Origin: Paramicrosporidium saccamoebae KSL3
Taxonomy: Eukaryota; Fungi; Cryptomycota
Direction: 5' to 3'
DNA: 32,000 nucleotides
Assembly: GCA_002794465.1 (NCBI GenBank)
Contig: MTSL01000107.1
Span: 1-32,000, forward strand
Position 1 is the first letter of the stretch. Each line of letters starts with the position of its first letter. This document shows, in pieces, positions 1-10,240 of the stretch. Below the pieces are notes generated by a model. The model saw only the letters and a program-made list of their open reading frames with translations. It was not told the DNA's origin and searched no databases. The translations under genes and the position numbers were made by a program.

Positions 1-92
1 CCCTCATGGGGCCCAACGGCAGTCGTGATAGACAGGACGCTTCAATTCGTCGATTTTGTCGATAGGCGATCTAAATACATGCATGAAATTGG

Positions 93-473
93 TTAATGGG
101 ATACCGAGAGGGCCTGCTCAAAGGTGGTATCCTCCGTCAAGGTGCTGAGGGGGCACCGGTCCGCATAGCGTTGTCCCAGCTTGTTCAACCTACGTCGTTG
201 CGCGAAACAACGAATGACCAGAGCACAAGTGGGGAGTAAGGCGGGCGCAGCACCGGTTCCAAGCACCCAGGTTGCCGTCCCAAGAGCGGCCACATAGCCT
301 GCATAAACAAGCCCAGTCGATAAAGCGAGTTTGGCGTACGCGCGCCACTTATACAATCCTTGAAAGTCTTTGAGAGATCTGGTGAAAGCATAGCAACCCG
401 AGACGACTGAGCAGATGGCACCTAGAATGTTTTCAGCCGATATCATTAAAGTAGAGTCGAGAGTCGGGGGCAT
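93..473 (-). CDS. Hypothetical small membrane protein (~126 aa)
   Basis: ORF 93..500 starts at TTG; the first ATG is at 473 (MPPTLD...). Two or three hydrophobic stretches are followed by a basic RRR patch. No family recognised. Confidence 0.45.
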   Translation of the reverse strand: MPPTLDSTLMISAENILGAICSVVSGCYAFTRSLKDFQGLYKWRAYAKLALSTGLVYAGYVAALGTATWVLGTGAAPALLPTCALVIRCFAQRRRLNKLGQRYADRCPLSTLTEDTTFEQALSVSH

Positions 474-881
474 AAACACCCGTGTATAAATAGGAAACAA
501 TTCATGCTGTCATGCCGTCATGCTGCTATGATTGGTCAAGTCGGATTGGTGGGTCCAAAAAATGCCTCTTTATGGTCTAGGAATTGTGAGCAGCATAACT
601 ATGCGAGGGGCACGATGGATATATTTAGACACAGTTGCTCATTAGTCGTTGGTACTTTTCATTTAACTGTTGTAGGTACTGATCAATTACCGACAACAGA
701 ACCATCTATTAAGTCTTGTATTGTGGATACACAAGTTATCTACACAATAATTCGTTTTAAAATGAATTTCGACCATTGTTTCTAGGATCACCAGTGAACA
801 AACTTCCCTTCCCATCTCTTCTTGTCTCTTCTTGTCTCTTCCACGTGGCAAAGTACGTGGTAGCACCCCAGCCACGTAACA

Positions 882-2780
882 TTAGCATTCTATGGACAAT
901 TTCCCAAATGCCTCAACCATATCACCACACAATGTATCCCGTAAAGGGTTTCTCTGTTCGCTTTGAAAATTCCTCATCCTTTGCACTGTTCCTGGGGCTA
1001 CTTTGTGGTAGCCGTGTTCTACAAGGAACTCTACGTCTGGAACGTGTTCTGGCCTTGTACTATGCACATAGAGCAATAGCTCAGTGTTTTTGTATACCTT
1101 CAAGCCAGCCTGGACCGACTCTCTTGATGGGGCTGCGTCTGGATTCTTGTCAATGATCCAGCTCAGCGCTTTGACGTTTCCGATATTGGCAGCAGCGCTG
1201 GCCATCTCGGAAGTAGCCACATTGATGGAAAGATCCCGGGATATCCACTCGTGAAATTGTGCAGTATCACTTTTCGCCTTGCACAGCATTATCAAAGCAC
1301 TTTGAGATAGATGGCCTGGATTCTGGGAATGAACCCATTGTACATATTCCACCGGCTGATCGTACATCTCATCATATGTAGGCAGATATTGGGAATCTCT
1401 GTTGGCCAGTTCGTAAAGTGATCTTAAGAGAGTCAAAAAGTCGGCCATATCTTTCCGTGTGCGGGAGCAGTTGGCTTTCATGGCCACAGTAACCTGCTTC
1501 CTGTCAGGCAACAAAGACTGGTCCTTTTTGACAATCCATTCCACGAGCAGCCAAGCACACGAATGGAGAGCGTGATCAAGATCATTTGCTGTCAGTTTTG
1601 GAATTTTTTTAGTCGTCTCATAAATCTTGTTGCCTGTCCAGATAACAACACTGTGCACACACAGCTTCATGGCATGACGATATAGTAGCTTTAGAGGCAC
1701 TAGCTCGGGCTTGAGATAGTAAACTACAACAATCATATCATGGTGCCACATGGTTGCAATGTCTGCCACACTCGCTTGATACCGCTCTGGTAGAAAATTT
1801 GGATCGAGGCTATTTAAAAAGCCAAATACGCCGACATGACCACCAACCATAATCTTTCCCATGCAATCTCTACTTGGCCAGAGTGTCCTGTCGATTGCCC
1901 GTACCCACTCGAGAATCTCCAAGCAGCCATGGCTGGCAGCAGTGGTCACATGTTCCATAGTTAATGTAGATATTTTCTGGTGCCGATAGAGGACCTTTAG
2001 CAATCCTGCCTTACAGCTAACAATGGCAAACCTGACAACTCTCATAATGTTGACAATGTCAGGCTTGGCTAACAAGACAAAGTCGAGAAAATCAGGATCG
2101 CCAATCCATGAGAATAATCCAGAGTCTTTGAATATGTCAACACCATTATTGTGTAGCAGGCGCAGAGTCTTGGTGCGTCCATTGCCTTTTAACTTTTCTA
2201 TCTTTGTCTCGTCTTTAATTACTGTCATTTTCAGGTGCTGCATAATGTTTACGGCTTCAAGTGACTTGAGTAGATCTGAAGATAGCACCGTGCCCGAGTA
2301 CAGATCTAATGGCACGAGACGCATTTTCTTGACATGTTCAAAAAACTCTACATTGTCCGCTCTTAAAAGTTCTACAAAATTGCTGACCCAGTCAAATTCC
2401 ATTCGGTCCCACAACTCGTTTTCAAACCAGCACTTTCCAAACGATAGCGCATAGAACCAATGGTAATCCCTTGGATGCTCCCAACCAAGAAACATTTTGC
2501 TCTGTACACAGAAGAGCACAAGATTACATTTTTCATGGAGAGCTTCTTTCACGACATCCAGGGTATTCATCTCAGCAGTCCTACTGTTTGATGCAATGAT
2601 GCAAGCCTCTGCAGGAGTAATTCCATGTTTTTGTATGGCCTGTTCCATTACAGAGTTTAGTTCTGAAATGAACAGTCCCTCTCCACGACGTATCAGCTCA
2701 AGGAAGGTAACGTCTGAGCTAGTGCAACGGTTAACAATCAATAGCAAACCGAATGCATTGGATGCGCTGAATAATCTCAT
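882..2780 (-). CDS. Ankyrin-like helical repeat protein with a possible signal peptide (632 aa)
   Basis: Long intronless ORF with degenerate repeats such as TTAASHGCLEILEWV, IMVGGHVGVFGFL and SAAANIGNVKALSWII. The N-terminus is hydrophobic (MRLFSASNAFGLLLIV). Confidence 0.7.
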   Translation of the reverse strand: MRLFSASNAFGLLLIVNRCTSSDVTFLELIRRGEGLFISELNSVMEQAIQKHGITPAEACIIASNSRTAEMNTLDVVKEALHEKCNLVLFCVQSKMFLGWEHPRDYHWFYALSFGKCWFENELWDRMEFDWVSNFVELLRADNVEFFEHVKKMRLVPLDLYSGTVLSSDLLKSLEAVNIMQHLKMTVIKDETKIEKLKGNGRTKTLRLLHNNGVDIFKDSGLFSWIGDPDFLDFVLLAKPDIVNIMRVVRFAIVSCKAGLLKVLYRHQKISTLTMEHVTTAASHGCLEILEWVRAIDRTLWPSRDCMGKIMVGGHVGVFGFLNSLDPNFLPERYQASVADIATMWHHDMIVVVYYLKPELVPLKLLYRHAMKLCVHSVVIWTGNKIYETTKKIPKLTANDLDHALHSCAWLLVEWIVKKDQSLLPDRKQVTVAMKANCSRTRKDMADFLTLLRSLYELANRDSQYLPTYDEMYDQPVEYVQWVHSQNPGHLSQSALIMLCKAKSDTAQFHEWISRDLSINVATSEMASAAANIGNVKALSWIIDKNPDAAPSRESVQAGLKVYKNTELLLYVHSTRPEHVPDVEFLVEHGYHKVAPGTVQRMRNFQSEQRNPLRDTLCGDMVEAFGKLSIEC

Positions 2781-2951
2781 TATACGGTCGTACCACTTGG
2801 TTCACAATAAATTAATTGCGTGGTCCCTTGAACAATGATTGTGGATTGGAAGATAGCGATCAATTAAGACTTTACAGGCACTAATTATGAGAAATGTAGC
2901 GTACTGATTAGCCGGTTATTCCGCGTCGCACCAATAGCATTTGGTACTCTG

Positions 2952-3944
2952 ATGACAGAGATTGGGCTCTTTGAAAAGTTGTGTTCTGGGGCCGTTGCTG
3001 GTGTTATTGGCACTGCCGTGTAGGATATTAATTACGGACTAAATAATTCTACAGAATATTTCCTATCGACTCGATAAAGACTCGGTTGCAATCTGGACAA
3101 GTCTCCGCCGCTGGTGGACTACAAGGGTAAACCTTTGTCTCCACCATTCACATTTAGTGTCAAGTGCTTCAGGGATGTTCTTGCAAAGGAAGGTCCTCGG
3201 GGGCTCTACAAGGGGCTGTCGGCAAATCTAATTGGAGTTACTCCCGAAAAAGCAATCAAGCTTGCCGTCAACGACTACTCTCGCGCCCATTTCGCACTCA
3301 GAGCGGGGACTTGTCCGGAAAAGCTGCCTGTTCAGTATGGGATGGCGTCGGGAGCAATTGCGGGGTTCTGCCAGGTGATAGCAACAAATCCCATGGAAAT
3401 TACAAAGATCCAGATGCAGCTCGCAGCAAGGGGGCAGGGGAACGCAAAGCTTCTGGATGTTGTCAAGAGACTGGGCCTCCGCGGTCTTTATCGCGGTACT
3501 CTGGCAACACTGTGTCGTGATGTTCCATTTTCCATCATGTTTTTTCAAACATTTGCATCCCTGAAAGGGCTCCTGTCGCAAGGTTCCAATCAGTCAACAC
3601 CGCCCCTCACGGCCATCCTCCTTTCTGGATTGTTGGCAGGCGGAGTATCGGCATTTGGGGCTACACCGATGGATGGTAAGCATTGTGAACTATTTGACCT
3701 AGTAGTTGTAAAGACGAGACTGCAGGCATCGACCTGTCCGCCCGGTGACACCATGTTGAGGATTTATCGGTAAGCACTCGATCGTATATTCTAAGCTCTT
3801 AGTGCCATCTGGAGGCAGGAAGGATATCGAGGCTTCTTCCGCGGTGCCATCCAGAGGACAATGGTATTTGCGCCCTTGTTCACCATCTCTCTGTTGGTCT
3901 TTGAAGTGCAAAACTTTTACATGAATAAATACTCTCGTCCGTAA
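2952..3944 (+). CDS. Mitochondrial carrier, glutamate/aspartate-glutamate carrier type (no EF-hand domain); 4 introns
   Basis: Introns at 3020-3054, 3127-3157, 3676-3705 and 3770-3802 restore three Px[DE]xxK carrier motifs (FPIDSIKTRLQ, NPMEITKIQMQ, TPMDVVKTRLQ). GVTPEKAIKLAVND is the Agc1/SLC25A22-type signature. Stop TAA at 3942-3944. Confidence 0.92.
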
Positions 3945-4070
3945 AAAAGTGACATTGCCTCATGTGGGAGGTTATACGTGGCCCTGTGAGATTATTTGCG
4001 AGTATGTGTGATTGTGTAAAATCGTTTTTGATCTCCTAGGCATGTTTATTTGGAAAAAAGGTGGTACTTT

Positions 4071-4256
4071 TGTGACGTAGAAGACTGATTAGTTGGGTAG
4101 TTGAGAATGGTTCCCTAGTTTGGAAAAGGGATAATCAGAACAATCGACGAAGGATAATGTTATTTGTGAGACTATAGATGGGTCGTTGGATTGACTGAAG
4201 AAATTCTCCTCTCTTCTCGCCCGACAGTCCATACTATTTATCCCCACTACGCGACA
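4071..4256 (+). mobile_element. Short TGT...ACA element, copy 1 (186 nt); MITE or solo-LTR-like
   Basis: Begins TGTGACGTAG and ends CTACGCGACA. Its last ~35 nt (GACAGTCCATACTATTTATCCCCACTACGC) match the reverse complement of 27335-27370. Flanks CTTT/CCAA give no TSD. Confidence 0.65.
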
Positions 4257-4287
4257 CCAATATACTTTTGTACACTAATTGCCTAGT

Positions 4288-5187
4288 TTATTCACTATCA
4301 TCACATTGGTCATGGGCATCTGTTGGCTCCTTGGGCTCGAGTGCTTCACTAAACTGTGTGGCCATCTCAATGTGCATCATTATATTCTGCAACGAACTCT
4401 CCTTTTTAATGTTAAGAGGAATAAAGTTGACCATGTCAAACTCGTCAATGAGCTGTACAATCGCTCTGTTTAGCTCTAGAAACTTGGGTCGGGTGCTGTC
4501 AGACATTTGCTCATTAAGGAGACTTGGATCGGGATAAAAGTACCGATGAAGATGGTGCAAGTCGTCTCCCACATCCTCGTCGTCCTTTTCGTCAGTGTCG
4601 CCTCCATCTCGCCTCGATTCCAAAAGATCCATCTTGGAAATCACATTCAGATGTGGTATTCCTATTTGCAGCATGGCAGAGGTGGCAGTGAGCACACCAG
4701 CAAAAAACTTTGTGACATCCTGGAGGAACAAACTCTCCATCAAGTAAATGCCGCATGGCTTGTAATCGGCCGTTTGGAATACCGACACGATTCGCGACAT
4801 AATGTCCGAGTGAGTGTAGAGCTCGATTTGGCCTGGACAGTCGACAATAAGAAATTCGTCTTGATACTCGCCCAAATCCGTGGTGAGCCACTCAATATTC
4901 TCCAAGAGATATTCAAGACAAAACATGAGACCACCGTTTGGACCATATTGCAACTCTTCCATGGCATCCTCAACGGCGATAAGCTCCTTGATATCTTTGG
5001 ACGGTTCATAATCAAAATGGTCAGCCGCAGGGTCGAGGTTGATCAAATGGGCAACTCTACCCAGACTTTCACAATGTTGTATCAGCGCTGAACAAAAAGT
5101 AGACTATTACGTTAGTGAATATTGGCTAATAACAACCTTTCCAGAGCCAGCAGGGCCCATGATGAACAAAGCCGCACCAGATGACAT
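4288..5187 (-). CDS. GPN3: GPN-loop GTPase 3; 1 intron (5104-5136)
   Basis: Spliced N-terminus MSSGAALFIMGPAGSGK|STFCSALIQH. Motifs INLDPAA, YGPNGGLMFCLEYL, DCPGQIELYTH and VISKMDL; the C-terminal EPKEP matches the GPN3 subfamily. Confidence 0.95.
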
Positions 5188-5270
5188 TTGTGACCCATCC
5201 CCTGCATGCCACCCTAAATGGCATGATCTGGTAGCCGCGGCATGTGATGAGAGTGGGTAGTTGAAAGTAT

Positions 5271-5599
5271 TGTTGCGTAGTGAAAACGACGCTAAAACAC
5301 AAGTATGGTATATTAAAGTGTCAATCTCTCCGTTTTTTGTCTCTGATTCTTTTCCCCACATTGGTCCATCACGTATCATCCAACCAATCGTTTCATTTCT
5401 TTGCAGCTGGGAAAAGACTTGCTTACTATCAATCCACCCAACCGCACTACACTGTCAATCCACCCAACCGCACTGCACTGGTAATTTACCCAACCACACA
5501 ATCACATAACCACACAACCACACAATCACACAACCACATAACCACACAACCACACAACCATACAACCATACAACCATACAACCACACAACCACGTTACA
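5271..5599 (-). mobile_element. Short TGT...ACA element, copy 2 (329 nt), flanked by a GTAT TSD and carrying subterminal tandem repeats
   Basis: Forward strand reads GTAT|TGTTGCGTAG...CCACGTTACA|GTAT. The left end is identical to the left end at 27330. Confidence 0.75.
5429..5593. repeat. Minisatellite: two 26-nt units then an 8-nt CAACCA(C/T)A array, inside the element above
   Basis: TCAATCCACCCAACCGCACT(A/G)CACTG occurs twice (5429-5480), followed by roughly a dozen CAACCACA/CAACCATA/CAATCACA units. Confidence 0.9.
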
Positions 5600-5626
5600 G
5601 TATCAAATCTACCTTGATCACCCTAA

Positions 5627-6902
5627 CTACTCTATTTTTTCAAAACATGCTACAAAAAATCCATTCATCCGATCTGCCTTGGGGTCAGCTCTTATGACGT
5701 CATTTCCAAAGGAATATTCGGGGAAACCACGCCTTGGCCATAACGGGAGAGGGTACGGGACAAGCTGAAAAGCTGGCTCGGCTTCGAGGACTTGTCGAAC
5801 TACCTCTTCGTTTTCCTCCTTATGGACTGAGCAAGTGGAATAGACTACCCTCTTCATGTTTGGAAACTGCATGGCGTGCCTCAGAATCATGCATTGGAAA
5901 TTCGACAACGACTGCAGTCGATCTGAATCATAAGTGTCGGTATTTTCAAAGTCTTCCAACATTCCACTACCAGAGCAGCTGGGATCTACTAATCCATATT
6001 CAATCTGTGGGTAATCAGCTGGGTTAGTCTTGAGAAAGTCCATGTTTGCAATCGTCACATGAGTGCACTCGTGCTTCCTAATAGTTTCGGCCAAAATTTT
6101 GAACCGTTTAGGATCCCTCTCAAAGGCACAGACGGAGCCGGAGGACCCCACAGCAGCTGCAAGTTGTGTAGTCTTGTTTCCTGGAGCAGCACAAGCATCC
6201 AACACCGAGGCTCCCGCTGGTGGCTGTAACACGGCGACGGGTATACAACTAGCCTTGTCCTGCAAAACAATTTGTCCTTTGCAGTACATTTCATTCTTTG
6301 TCAAGTCGGTTCCTGGAGGAAATACCAAGAGCCCGCCAATGTGTTCATCTAATGAAAAGCATCGCCCAGACTCGGGAAGACAGCCGTCGAGATATTCATA
6401 GCCCTCGTCTTTGAATTTCTGGATGCATTCGGCCGTCGAAAGGGCCAACGTGTTGATCCGGACGTATCGCATGGGCCTGGGCACATTTTCCTGTGGCGAT
6501 CGCAATTTAGACAACACATACTCTGCTTTTATGCGCGTCTTATGACGTGATATGGGCTCCCACAGCTTTGCACTGCATTCAGGGACTCGGTCATTCACGA
6601 GGTCATGCGCAAGAACAATCGCCAAGCCCGGACGAATCTAAAAATTCCGTAAAATGCCTGCTGTACCTTTCGTTCCTGCTTGAAGAACATGGATTTTTCC
6701 AAGGCTTCGTTTATCCACTTGAAATCTACACAATCAACTTTTAGCATTCAAGAGTACTTTTGCACGTCTCAGTGACGAGTGCAAATAGGGCCTTCTTATT
6801 ACGATATCTCGAACCGTAGCAAAGCGTCTTAATTCTTCCCTTTCCGTTTCGTACGGAATCTACAATAGAAGCGGCTTCGTAGTACAGTCCATCATTTGTC
6901 AT
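5627..6902 (-). CDS. NSUN5: rRNA cytosine-C5 methyltransferase NSUN5/Rcm1; 2 introns (6726-6757, 6638-6666)
   Basis: Spliced N-terminus MTNDGLYYEAASIV...KALFALVTETCKNFKWINEAL...ERKIRPGLAIVLAHDL. Motifs RYVRINTL, LQDKASC, DACAAPGNKTTQLA, DPSCSGSG and VVYSTCSVHKEENE. Confidence 0.95.
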
Positions 6903-6936
6903 TTTAAAACCAACAGAGTCAGGCACCCCTTGCTCA

Positions 6937-7920
6937 ATGACGAACCGGGTCGCAGCACCAAAACTGTCTGGCAAAGACGTAGTATCAGACACGCCACTTT
7001 CGGACCAGAACGTGGCACCAAAACTATCGGTCAAGACACTATCTGACCGTGTCATTTCTATCGAATTAGCGTCCGAGATAAAATCCATTGGGGATGTAAA
7101 GAGTTATTTGGAGAGGCATGGCGTAGTGTCAGCTCAGAAGCAGACACTTATTTCTTGTGGCCGCGTGCTCTTGGACCATGAGCCTGTTCCGGCGCCCGAT
7201 AGCGTCATTCATTTATTCTATTACGAACCGACCGCGCTTATTGCTGACCCCATTGAGGCAGCCGCCGACTGGGACACTAAGAACAGGATGAAGGTATTCA
7301 AGGGACTCTACTTGTTCTCCATCCGCAAGTTCCACGAGGCTGCACCCTTCCTGATTGATTCCCTGACAACATTTAGCGAAACCTCTTTTATTCCGTTCAA
7401 GGACTGTGTAAAATATGCTGCCATTGCATCCATGCTAGTGTTGGACCGACCAACCATACTCAAGACACTTGTCAAGTCTCCCGAGGTTCTGGAAGTCATC
7501 AATGACCTGCCCCACATGGAAGCCTACATCAACTCCCTCTACAACTGCCGCTACCGTGAATTTTTCCTGGCTCTCGGATCGTTGGAGAGTGAAATGAAGA
7601 ATGACTGGCTAATCGAGCCACATGTCCAGTACATCATCAAGGAAATGCGGATCCGTGCCTACACTCAAATTATGCAATCATATCGTAGTCTCACTCTCGA
7701 CTCTATGGCAAAGTCGTTTGGCGTGACTGCCGACTTTATTGACCGCGAGATAAGTCGTTTCATTGCAGCCGGACGACTGAACTGCGTGATTGACAAAGTG
7801 GCAGGACTAGTCATTACCAGTCCTCCAGATCAGCGAAACACAGAGTATGTAGCTCTCATAAAGCAAAGCGATGCTCTTGCCGCACGAATGCAAAAATTGG
7901 GACGCATCCTCAGCTACTGA
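6937..7920 (+). CDS. RPN7: Ubiquitin-like domain fused to the C-terminal (PCI-containing) half of proteasome lid subunit Rpn7/PSMD6
   Basis: From about 7252 the sequence IEAAADWDTKNRMKVFKG...EMRIRAYTQIMQSYRSLTL...SRFIAAGRLNCVIDKV follows PSMD6/Rpn7. Codons at 7021-7221 resemble ubiquitin (VKTL...I.DVK...Q.LI..GR.L.D...S.IHL). Confidence 0.88.
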   Translation: MTNRVAAPKLSGKDVVSDTPLSDQNVAPKLSVKTLSDRVISIELASEIKSIGDVKSYLERHGVVSAQKQTLISCGRVLLDHEPVPAPDSVIHLFYYEPTALIADPIEAAADWDTKNRMKVFKGLYLFSIRKFHEAAPFLIDSLTTFSETSFIPFKDCVKYAAIASMLVLDRPTILKTLVKSPEVLEVINDLPHMEAYINSLYNCRYREFFLALGSLESEMKNDWLIEPHVQYIIKEMRIRAYTQIMQSYRSLTLDSMAKSFGVTADFIDREISRFIAAGRLNCVIDKVAGLVITSPPDQRNTEYVALIKQSDALAARMQKLGRILSY

Positions 7921-8184
7921 TTCAGTAAATACATCACGTAGTGATCTGTAAAGTAGTGGAATAATGATCGGATGAAAGGACTCGGCCTATAACGGTGCCA
8001 AATACTTTGATAAATATATTATAACTATGATTTGTCCTGCACCACCCATTATTAGCCATATCCATAATCATGATCTTGCATTACCATTTATATTTTATGC
8101 ATTATCCCATTATAACTCAAGCCTCTCACCCTCACACATACCTCTTACTCCCCTCACATACACAACTCGCCCCTTCCATCTCAT

Positions 8185-8208
8185 CCCACCCCACCCCACC
8201 CCACCCCA
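8185..8208. repeat. (CCCCA)n tract; G-quadruplex-capable on the minus strand
   Basis: CCCACCCCACCCCACCCCACCCCA, about 145 nt upstream of the ubiquitin ATG. Confidence 0.8.
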
Positions 8209-8267
8209 CTTTACAAATAAACGCCACAATTGGCCATTTGAGCAAATTTGGAAATTGTGGGCTGTGA

Positions 8268-9047
<780 letters not shown>

Positions 9048-9128
9048 ATAAAGAGTCATTATGAGCGGCTAAAAAGTTGGTAACTTATGAAAGCTTGCCA
9101 TAATTACAACTGATTTTAACATACTCAC

Positions 9129-9200
9129 AGCTCTTGACAACTCTTTGACAACTCTTTGACAGCTCTTTGACAACTCTTTATACTCTCTCATACTCTCTCA
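9129..9200. repeat. 11-nt minisatellite (GACAACTCTTT, about 4 copies) plus ATACTCTCTC repeats
   Basis: Read directly in the gap between the convergent UBI and RAD23 stop codons. Confidence 0.8.
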
Positions 9201-9221
9201 CAATAGACCATTTATATACTT

Positions 9222-10207
9222 TCACAGATCCTGATCATTTAAATGTTCCAGCAAATAATTGGCTGCCAATTCTTCATTCTTGTCGCAGGCAAAGAAGGCT
9301 TCAACGACATGCGCTCGTCCGAAACCCATCGACTCTAAGCGTTCAATGGCCTGACGATCTTCTTCAGAAACTTGCAGTACTTGAGCACCAGGAGGAAGCT
9401 CTCCATCATCACCATCGCCTCCGTCATCTTCTTCTTCGTTACTCTCCTCACCCTCACCCTCTCCCTCTCCCTCGCCGTCGGGGTTGGCCCCTTCCATGAT
9501 CAGGGCATAGAATTCTTCGCGATTCTGTTCAATCAACTGCAGAATCTCGGGGCTGTTTTGGCTCAGCTGCTCGATTATTGGCCCCAGCATTTGTGGGTTT
9601 TGTTGAATCAGAGAACGAAGCTGTTGGAACTGAGGGTCGTTTCTCAAAAAGTCCAGAGATCCGGATGATTCATGATGGGCCATGGGTGCTTCATCCTCTT
9701 CCGCAGGCAGCATTCCGGTCGTCAAGTATTCAACGGCACGCTCTGGATTATTAAAGGACGCTCTCATGGCGGCCATGACTTCTTCCTTTCCAAATCCCAT
9801 ATCAACTAGCTTTCCCACGGCATCCTCATAGGCTTCCCCAGTCACCAGCTTGGATTCTGCGTCACCAGTGGCAGACTGAACAACCGGTGTAGCTGGAGTG
9901 GCTGAGGTGGCTCGAGTAGTTGTTCCTGCGGAAACTGGCTTGGGCGTCACAGTCATCAAAACAACAAAATCTCCCTCTTTCAGAGCCGTTTGAGAAATGA
10001 CCTGCTCATTCTCCAAAACTTTGCCTGCATGGATCAGTTTCTGGCGCTCCACGGGGGTATTTTTCGATTCACCCATTTGGGCGATGCGCTCCTTGGCGTT
10101 CAGCACCTAACACTCAATAAATATTCGTCGTGTCCTTTTACCGTTTCATCAGGAGTGACTTCAAGCGCAAATTGGCTTTGTTGTAGCGTCTTGATTACAA
10201 TTCTCAT
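9222..10207 (-). CDS. RAD23: UV excision repair / proteasome shuttle protein Rad23; 1 intron (10107-10141)
   Basis: UBL MRIVIKTLQQSQFALEVTPDET|VLNAKERI...QKLIHAGKVL; UBA1 (LVDMGF...SFNNPERAVEYL); XPC-binding LDFLRNDPQFQQLR; UBA2 (LESMGF...ACDKNEELAANYL). Confidence 0.97.
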
Positions 10208-10240
10208 TGACCCGGCTGCTTGAAACCCCGGTTGTTCCAG

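Noticed and set aside
2895-2935. Possible fifth element remnant (TGTAGCGTACTGATTAG)
   Set aside because: Similarity is short, with no matching second terminus or TSD.
5491-5593. Interstitial telomere repeat or CRISPR array
   Set aside because: The units are degenerate 8-mers without spacers, there are no cas genes, no known telomere unit matches, and the array lies inside the TSD-flanked element.
4071-5599. Composite transposon carrying GPN3 between two inverted element copies
   Set aside because: The outer flanks (CTTT and GTAT) do not match, and the right copy has its own TSD, so independent insertions are more likely.
7225-7262. Cryptic intron or splice acceptor separating the UBL from Rpn7
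   Set aside because: A CTGAC branch-like motif is present, but there is no GT donor in range and the conserved IE codons would be removed.
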